This document shows positions 54,301-64,000 of a stretch of DNA of 64,000 bases, in pieces. The position numbers and the translations under genes were made by a program. The notes under the pieces are model-generated. The model was not told the origin of the DNA, searched no databases, and worked only from the letters and a program-made list of their open reading frames with translations. Location of the stretch: contig CM082594.2 of assembly GCA_040954595.2 (NCBI GenBank), positions 8,759,612 to 8,823,611 on the forward strand, given 5' to 3'. Each line of letters begins with the position of its first letter. Position 1 is the stretch's first letter. The stretch is from Balanoglossus misakiensis (taxonomy: Eukaryota > Animalia > Hemichordata).

Positions 54301-57300
54301 GAGGCGTTGACTATATAGGTGTTCAGGAATTAACAGAATTGGGCAAATATAGCGATATCACCTTAATGTCGGTGCTAATGGGAGTGTAAATGGCTTTATG
54401 CGAAGAACAAACGTGGCCATTGATCAAAGCGCAGTTATATGTACAAGTACGCTGCTTTGGTAGCTGAAGAGATATGGCAACGGCCGTCCTATGTTTGTAT
54501 GCAGCTACTGTCTGCAGAGGCCTCTTCTAAAACAAACGCGGTGGGGTATAAAGGCTTGCATTTCGACTCTTTCACGTTTGATTCTTAAGACTTAATAATA
54601 TAAGCAACGCGTGTGGGACAGGATTTCCGTACTCGGGACAGGTGGTGTGATCGGACAAGTATATGGAACACCACAGTCGTTCCAGTCCAGTACTCTTCCA
54701 CGGTTCTATTAATTTTTATGTTCATTCCACCTATCACAATTTCGTTTTGTTGGTACGTGTAGTCTTGGGACATTTTAAAATAACCATGCGCCTCAAAATA
54801 AGTAAGAGTGATTTGCTTTCTATGATTTAACCAGTACCAAGTCGAAACTTAGAAGAAACTGCGCGTGGGTGCCAATATAGCCTATGCAGGCAAGATGAAA
54901 TGTAAAATATAGGGTATAACAATTATCTAATTACTTAATGTTTTCATAGCGACGATTGCTTTGAAATGGTTAAAAAGAACTATTTACCCTAAAATGAATA
55001 ACCGGTAACGTAAGTCAAGCAAAACGATGTGCATACAATCAATAATAAATGCGTACATACATATACAAACAAACATAGCGTAACGCGGTTAGTAATCATT
55101 GGAACAGTATTATTGGTACAGTAATTGAGTAATTCGGCACAAAAATTCCACCAGACCCGAAGAAAGTGAGAAATTCTATTCTGATATCCGACGGTCTGTC
55201 AACAGTAAAATTTTATCACACATATTTCTCGCCAAGCACGTTTCTTAGATACGGTATCTAACTCGCCACTGTCCATATTGACTGTGTAACTACATATTCT
55301 AATCCTATATTGCTGTGTATACAGCCGTCCAAACACGCTGTCGGTTAGCCGAGAAACTCAAAAATTTGAACCACAGATAGACTTAACAATATACTGAGCT
55401 TCTGTGCAATTATCAAACAAAGAAGTAAATCGGCCAGGCACAATCGCCAGCACCTAGACACACACGTAGACTAAATGCCGACCCCGAAATTTCCGATAAA
55501 ATTTATGAGCCGAATCGGTACCGATGTCATAAAACTGTGCACAGTTACGAAATGACCAGAACGATCTCTTCGAAGTGTAGGCATGCAACGTTATAAGTGC
55601 TGTACAGGGAATTGGACATGAAACCCATTAAACTTGATTAGAAAGCAATTTTGTAGTTTAGCAGTTACGGTCATTAATAGCAGTGTGCGGGCTACTCCCA
55701 TCGTTCGGTATTTCGTACTTGCAAATGTCAGAATTTGTAGACCTATATAAATCCTACTAGACAGTGTGTACCAAGAGACATGGTGTAGATTAAAAGGGTG
55801 AACTCCGGAGAGAATTGAAGAAAACCTTCGACAGCGTCTTCGGTTTGAAAGAAGATTGTGAAAGCCCAACAAAGCTTTTTTGGATCGCGGAGAATGTTCA
55901 TGCACTTTTAACACAGGTCACAATCTATCAAACTGTCTGAACGAGGGTACAAACAGTGGACTGCGGTGTATAGCTGAATGTGGGGCCGAAAAGTGGGTGG
56001 CTGGGGCAATAATTAGTCAAATGGACGCGTGTATCACTGACACTCTGAAGGCAGTATGTAAAAGGTATCAAAACAATCTAAGGCCGTGGAGGGAGGGACG
56101 TAATATTTTAGAGTGACTTGCTCATGATTATGACATTGATTTTAAAAGAAGTTGCTTATGATTGGCATGGATCCTATACATGGGGTACGGAGTTGAATAT
56201 ATGTGGAGACATACATGTACGCACCACATATTGCATGAGACAAACATGCGTATTGTAAATCATCTTGTGGTATATATCTCTGGACCGAATAGTCCATCGA
56301 TGGTAGACAGAGGACCAAATTTCCTCGTTTGCTTTACTGATGGAATTGAAATTACGCACTTCATCATGGTGCAAGTACACGTGTCTATCTATTTTCGTGG
56401 CAATTATACGCGGTAATTATATCAGACAAGACTTCGCAGACGTTCCTTTAACATAACCCAGCAGTCTTAAGATGACAGACGCACAAGTCATCATTGCAAA
56501 TTCTTGTAATATCGTCTAACTCACAACCGTTCCACATACGCATGTTTAGATGTACCGTGGCCCAACGGTAGAGGGCATGGCCTGCGTGGCCTGCGTAACA
56601 TTAATATTTACAATACAACTATCCGCTTTCCTAATCTAGCCACGTTGAAAGAGTGGACATAGCAACAGTGAAACTGAGCTTATTGACGGACCTATGGTTG
56701 ACTTGTCTTGATACATCTGAACGAACATAAATGAACTATAGAGGTTTCAAAGTGAATATTGGCCGACTGTAAACCCCGTGAGGAGTTTTATTAGAAGACA
56801 TAATTTTAAAATGGACTAGGCACTTTTTTAATGATGAACTTGGCTTGATAATTATGTATATCATTACTGGTATAGCAGTCAGCAAATGGATTTTTAAGTA
56901 AAGATTGACCTGTGCGAGCTTAGTTTAGATAATTTTGAAGAAGTATTCATGAATTGCGATGTATAAGTATTCGGGTTTTTTTTGCGATAAAAGTACAAAA
57001 AATGATCCACCAGTCGCAGTCGCAAGACATTTTTGCATTTCAAAGCGCACAATTTCAGTTCATGACAAATGAAAATTACTTAAATTTCAAATTTTCTCAA
57101 TAGTTAAGATCACAGGTTTCACCCTCTACTGTCTATGGGTTCACGCACAATAGATTAAATCTCCCTAACAACCTAATCGTATACATACATACATGTAGAC
57201 AGGAAATGAAATTTGAAAGGTGAATTCTCTGCCCAGTATCCGCCCTAATAACACCGGCAGTACTTACTTACACAGAGCACGTTTCCCATTTGATTCACCG

Positions 57301-60300
57301 CATTTCTCCAAAGCAAGTCAACATTCTTCATTAGAAAAAAGTTGAATAAAACTGGCAGTCAAATGGAATTTTCCAACTGAGTAGAGATTGTTTATTGCTC
57401 TGTTCTGTACCCAGTTATACTTGGCTGCTCCAGAGAGTGATAGAAATAAACTAACTCTGGCTCAGACAGTCACACTACACAGAATAAAAGCAGACAGATG
57501 CTGGCTTGGATGGCCATATTTTTCTTCAATTCCAGCATGAAGACTAATATTCAAAAGTATTCAATGATCACAATTAATTCATTTGTGTTGTGCATTTTAC
57601 TTCCATTGTACGCTACCTACTTTAGTTTGATCGAAAAATTGAATCGTTTGAAGACTCTATTCCCGAAATGGATAGTGAATGTCCATGAGAAGACAAAACG
57701 AAGCACTATAGTTTATTTTATTATTTGTGACTGCAGTCATAAGTCACAAGTATTGGTCACGTCGATAATTCATGAAAGTGATCACATCAAACTTGAAGGT
57801 GACCACCAGCCAGCCACCTGGTAACATTTTTGTTTACCTGTAAATAATGTGGCAGATCGTACAATGATTGTACAGTGGCACCATAGACAGTCTCTTTCTA
57901 CTGTATTACCCTGGACTATAGATCATAGCAATCCCAAGTGGAACAACTCATGCATGACATTTTGGTTTGTCTGGTGTTGCATTGTGTAGTTACACTCCAC
58001 ACTTGACAGTTGGACTATAGTCAGTGAATGGGTCGGTCTCTATGATTCTAGGTTGATTTAAACCAGGGATCGAGGTAACAAAAGACATACTTCAACGTCA
58101 ATAAAAGGGATGTTCTGATGGTGCTGGTGACCCCATAGTACAAAACTAAACCAGAACCATTGACAAAACAACAAAGCAATGTAGATATCACAAAATCGCT
58201 TTTTAGTACAATGGGACTTAGCTGTGTTTTATTGTCCATAGACTTAACGTTGATTTTGATAGTCCAAAAGGCGAACTCTCTGTTCAGAAAACCATGGAGA
58301 TAAACTTATACGAAGTGTCTCATGCTTCAATCCCAGCACACCAGAGGGGGGTTAAAGGTCATTCTATTATGTTTGGGTAGCTAGGGTTTTTAAGATTAAG
58401 GTCTTTGAAGCTGTAGGCAAGTTGATTTGTAAAGAAGTTGGCTGAATAAAATGAACCACCTGTTGAATAGTGTGCCAGTCCAGCTTTCTTCAAGACAGGA
58501 TGGTGTACAATTGTATTAATGCTGAACTTTTTATTGTGGTGTAATTCACTCCAATATGACATATCAGGTGAACTTATAATCTCTTAATATGCCTGTACTT
58601 TTACTATACATTATATATTACAATCCATTTGGAATCGTGGGGTGTATGGAAGGAATTAGTTCTAGTTGCAACACCAAGTCCAAGCACTCTTTTCGTTGAT
58701 TTTTTGTCACAGTTTTGGGGGGTCATAGTTTTAGTACGACAATATGATGTATGAGACGAACAGAAAGAATTGCCATGAATGTTACACATGGCAAATTACT
58801 TCTGTGTTGACTGATTTTGAGATTTCTAAAAAAGTAACCATTTACTTGATGTATAGTGTACACAAGCTTCCTTACTACTGCCAAGGCTTAGAGATATACA
58901 TGTACATGTATTTATACAGTCTATCTCAATTCACCTGTGGAGGCTGGTGAACATGTAACTCCAAACACATTACATAATTGAATTTGCTGGGCCCACTCCC
59001 CAATGCTCACAAACACCACTAATACTTCTTTGATCAGCAAACAAGCCTTGTCTGGCCAGAAACCCAAAGCTGTTTGTTCTTTGACTTAAACTCTTTCTTT
59101 CAATATGATAGCTTCCAGCTACTAATGCTTCCCTTCTGACATTTGTGTTGTGGTGCTATTTGGTGAAAGTTGCCATGGTGATGCTGAGGTGATTTTCAGA
59201 TCTAGCCTCGATGCAAACTAAGGTCATGGATTGGAAAATGTTGGAGTGGAAAAGGGGTGACTTAGTTTGGCAATAGAAGAAACCCAATACAATAAGCCAT
59301 CACACAATGGGCATAGAAATATGCCTGTTCCTATGTACGCACTCACTCGCATGTATAAATTCTGCATCTCTTTTCGATGCAGCACTGCACTACGTGCAAC
59401 ATGCTATTCCAGGGTAAGCCTATTGAAATGCAGAAGAAGTCATATAACGCTGTCTGGGCCATATATCACGGGCATACAGCATGATTTTTACAGTCATCAC
59501 GCAATCGTCATAAGTTGAACATTCCTAACAGGCTTTTGATGAAAATAGACGGGACTTAGGAACTGTTCTGTTTGTCGGCTTTGAAACCTGTTATATGCAT
59601 CTGGGGAAATGGGTTGCTGTACGTCATGGCAGAATTAAAGTCAGTTGCATCCAGGCTAGCCCTGAAGTGCATTCAATGGCTGATACTTGGTTTAATAGAA
59701 ACTCACCTATACGGATAAACAGAACCACTGAACAGTGAATCATGGTTGAGATGACAAATTGGTCTTGTTCGGTTGCAGGGATTTTCAGACACAGCGATGC
59801 TTGTTGCGAGTCACTTCTATACTTCAGATATACACATAATATAACCATATATATCCGAATGTGTATATACATGTAGCTGACCCTGGAATCAATAGACAGT
59901 TATATAAGGTGTTGGAAAAAAGACATGAGGAATTTCTGATTTCTTTGATTTTCTGGATTATTTGCTTTCATCAGATTTAGTTGCTTTACTTACACTTTTG
60001 GTGACAATTTAAAGAACATGCATTCATCTTCTTCTGCGACTTGAAACCAATTTGATCCTGTTGATTGAGAATGTAAGAAATCAAAGATAGTGATGATACC
60101 TAGGGAAAACTTTGCTGTACAGTTCTATGGTTTATTCAGTTTGTTGTAACCATGGTAATGGTTGGCCTTGTTGCCACACAGTCATAGTCAAACTTAAGGC
60201 ATGTAAAACGGTCCTGATAAAGTTTATGTACATATGAAGAGCTACGGGTTGCTATGTGACATGAAATACTTGACACTCACCTTAATAGATAAGACTTGCT

Positions 60301-61120
60301 GCTATGTACAGAGGTTTAAACTTGATCATTGAATTGTTGACTTGTGTGTCTGATAATCTTGCTACGGGCAGCTGATCATTTTCTTATTAAACTTCAAGTT
60401 TCACATCAGGGCTATAAAGAAGAAAAAGTTCATTAATATTTAAAATCAAGTGTTTTTTTGTTTGTTGAAAATTGAAGTTCACTTTATTGCCATGAAATGT
60501 TCCCTGTTGGCTGGAATTAGCAGAATATTGAACACTGAGCGAGGTGAACTCAATCATAAACATCAGGATTTCATTTAATGGGTTTCGGGAAATGTACATA
60601 TGCAGTGCTGGGATTATGATCGCGGAGGTTCGTGAGCGATTTTCCTGATCGCCATGTACGGTGAACAACTACCCTTGCCAGTAATTGGTTCAGTAATGGA
60701 AGTCAAGCTAAGTGCAGGAATCAGACGAGCAAAGAGAGACCCAATCAGAACCTGCTCGAGTAATAAACCAGGATCCACTGCATTGAGGGTAATGGTGGCA
60801 TCACTTTCACTTAAATCAATTGTGAGTTACTATTTCAAGAGACACGGCCAATTATCAGACAGTTTCTGGCTCAGTCGGAGTTGTCTGAGCATACGGTCTT
60901 CCACAAGGCTCAGTGAAATGAGCTACGTACATCAGTGATGGATGCATTTCAACATAATAGCAGCATATTTTTTATCGTTTGTGAAGTGGTCATGCTAATG
61001 CATCTTTGACGAATCAATATGACAGTGGTGTTGGAATTACAATGTACATGTAATCAGTCTTGGACCTCATTGTATGGTTAAAAATACTCTCAGGGTTAGA
61101 TTTGGTCTGTGTAGTGTCAC

Positions 61121-61158
61121 TGAATAAATTTGATTAGTGAATAAATTTGATTGGTGAA
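61121..61158. repeat. 17-bp tandem duplication
   Basis: tgaataaatttgattag tgaataaatttgattgg tgaa. Confidence 0.85.
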
Positions 61159-64000
61159 ATTATGTTCTGTGAAAACTAATCCAACCTTTGCTGCATTTCC
61201 TGATTCAAGATGCTGGCTGAAAAGCTTTGTCATATTACAAGAACATATTTCGCGTTGTACCTAAGGGATTCCATTTTGAAGCACGGAGCATTTTTACTAA
61301 AAGTTGAAACACATCTTCGGGGGATTCAACTTTGGAAAGGTTCTGCTTGTACGGCACTGCAATTAAACTACAGTTCAAGCCTACAGCAATAATGCAATTT
61401 ATGTAATAGTTTTGAGGTACAGCATGCATGCACATGGGATGAACCCAGGAGACAATCTGAAACAACTTCAAATTACAGTGGATTACTTCTGAGTGGGCAT
61501 GTCTGAGCTAGCTGACTTTCCAATTTGGAACTCATTTCCTTACAGATACAAAGTACAGCGCTCTGAAAATTCGAATCAGATTTCACTTCAATCTGCACAC
61601 ACTCCTGCTGCGAATCTAACGATTGCTGTGTTTTATAATATTCCAAGCCACACCAACTTAAACACCGAGATTTTGCTAATCATGCATGTCCATGCACTAT
61701 AAAACACACTGCAATTGTTCTTAATTTTTTCTGCTAGTTTTCTCATGTGTATTGCACATTTCCTTGTTCCATGAAAAGGTTTATTATAGAATGCAAGTAC
61801 TAGTATTCAAGATGGCTGCCACACAAACTTTCAGGCACTGGTAACATGTATACTTCTTCAACAACCCACAATCACAATCTCATCCATCAGAAAATCCAAT
61901 TTACCTGTACTTACTGTTGAGACACCCCATGGGAAATAATGAGTGGTTTAATGCAACTTGGCTATTACTGAAGGCTTTTTAATTTAATGATTTTGAACTC
62001 AATATTTTCTGACTTCATTTTTAGTGCATTAAACGGAGCAATCATATTCCAACTTCGATAACTGCACGCGGACACTCAATTATGAGTCATATTTAAAAAA
62101 ATATTATCGGCTCAAAGTTGTTACGCCCAGGTAGAATGGAACACTAAATAATTTCAATTTAGTTTTTATGTGTTAAACAATTTTCAGCTGGGTGTAAATT
62201 ACAGCATGACATTTCAAAAAGTAAGAACCATGACCATTAAAATAATGGGAAGCTATTTCATAGTTGTGTGAAATCTGTCATAAAGTATATAGACTAATAT
62301 GGCAGTCTGACAGGTGGGATTATAGTATGCTTTCATATTATTAACACCAAGAAAATGCTGTATATCAGGTTTATTTTGTGTTTTGATACAAAATTCGAAG
62401 AAATGACAAGAAGTAAATTGACAAAAATGTTAAGTATTATTTATTAAGTTAGTCATTTTCAATTTAAACTCTTCCCTTATACTAGTAAAATACCCTCAAT
62501 CACTTGAAAAAAAAGAACTGGGTTACAGACTACTGAATTAAAGCTTTAGAATGCTTATAAAATATTTACACTATGCAAGCGTATACTGACTGTTTATTAG
62601 CAATGTCTTATGAATTAATTATTGTTGGTGAGTGACAGATCTTCCTTAGCAACGAGGACTGACACTGTATTGTGTCACTTAAATATGAATACTACCTGTA
62701 TACTGCCTAGCAACAAGCATTGTCTGTGCATTGCTACTAACATAATACATGCTAAGCTATAAAATAATTGAATATCTACGTATAGGTACTTTGAACTGTA
62801 CTATTTGCCAATTTGCAAACAAGTATGGATTAAAAACCACTCCAATAATGTAATTGAATGCGCAATAATTTCAAACGTTCTGTCAATAACTTCTCTTTTG
62901 CAAATATGTAAATTTAGCAGCTTCAAATTGATCTTTCGCCATGGCAATTTTTATGTGTGTACATCAGCTTTATGGCTAATCTTCCTTTTCATACTTGGAC
63001 TTTAATTGCCTTGGGAATCTCACAGAAAAGTAAACACACAAACTCACCCACTCAAAAAGAATTAAGTTAGTAGTATAATTTCATTGACGAGCAAATGTAC
63101 ACATCATAACAAAGCTGCCAGGCATAATTTTATTGCAAAGCAAATTTACACATCATCGCAAAACTGACAAATTAAACAAATACAATTATCTTATTGATGG
63201 TATATCAAATATTCACTTGAATGCCATTGTAAAATATCTAATTAAATTCTAAAGACTCTTCGTTCACAATACAGTCACTTGATTAGTAGAACTATAATGA
63301 CTCTTTCACCTTTATATGTTGAACTATCAGCCCGGGGCTATCATCAAAGTTTCTACATGAGCCCAGGTTGAGAGTTCAAACTCCTTAAGGAGATTTTCTG
63401 TCTTAAATTGGTATTGGGGAACTATAATTACCTGTGTATAAGCACAAATAATGAAGTTGCGGGTTTTATGTGGGATGACATCATGTTGCATCAAAGGCTG
63501 TCTGGCAAAGAAGGTTAATAAATCTGCCACTTAATTTGCACTGTATGTCAGAAATTCACTGTGTATTTACATAATTCAGGACTCTTAACTAATTTGGATA
63601 GAATGTAGATAAGGACTCACATTATCAAATTTTAGGGTTTCAACATCAGTGGAGAACTATTAACATGACAAAAATAATTTTGATATTATAATATCACACC
63701 TGGATATAAAAATCACACCCAGCATTTGGGTAAGATCTGAGTTATTATTCTTTTACAACATAAATATGAATTTTTGATAAGTTGGGGCATATAGCTTGTT
63801 TACAGTGATTTAGGGAAGGCTGATACTCTCAGCAGAATGCAATTGTGGGTTCTAGTGTCATTGGTAACCTAGCCATGTTGGAAACTATTTGAGTTGGCAA
63901 TTGTGTCAGCCGTGGTTGGCCTGGCAGTGTTGTTAACTGGGCAAGTATTTAATTGACAGTAGCTGGATACCAACGCTTGCAGTCAGCTGTAGTTGAAATC

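Noticed and set aside
25451-63530. Numerous 60-130-aa ORFs across the upstream region
   Set aside because: Random-looking composition and no motifs; I recognised no transposase, reverse transcriptase, tRNA or rRNA. Very short exons could still be missed by eye.

Overview
Eukaryotic genomic DNA, probably from a marine invertebrate deuterostome (inferred from vertebrate-like PDE11A protein and intron positions and CpG-rich non-coding DNA). Three parts. (1) 1-~9545: a very homogeneous 87-bp tandem satellite of about 107 units with diverged units at both ends; it explains the four giant ORFs in the track. (2) 10327-24367, minus strand: a complete dual-GAF cyclic-nucleotide phosphodiesterase, PDE11A-like, which I assembled by hand from 17 GT-AG coding exons with consistent phases (939 aa). 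(3) ~24.4-64 kb: about 40 kb with no recognisable coding exon, containing candidate 5'UTR exons, CRE/RFX-rich candidate regulatory DNA, small repeat remnants and a CpG-depleted domain after ~57 kb. I found no new multi-gene system. The best leads are a five-fold 11-residue tandem expansion of the PDE N-terminal helix motif, a divergent GAF-A pocket, the satellite's internal dyad symmetry next to the gene 3' end, an intronic (UCA)33 YCAY tract and CRE enrichment upstream of the gene. All comparisons to human proteins and exon sizes are from memory and need alignment.
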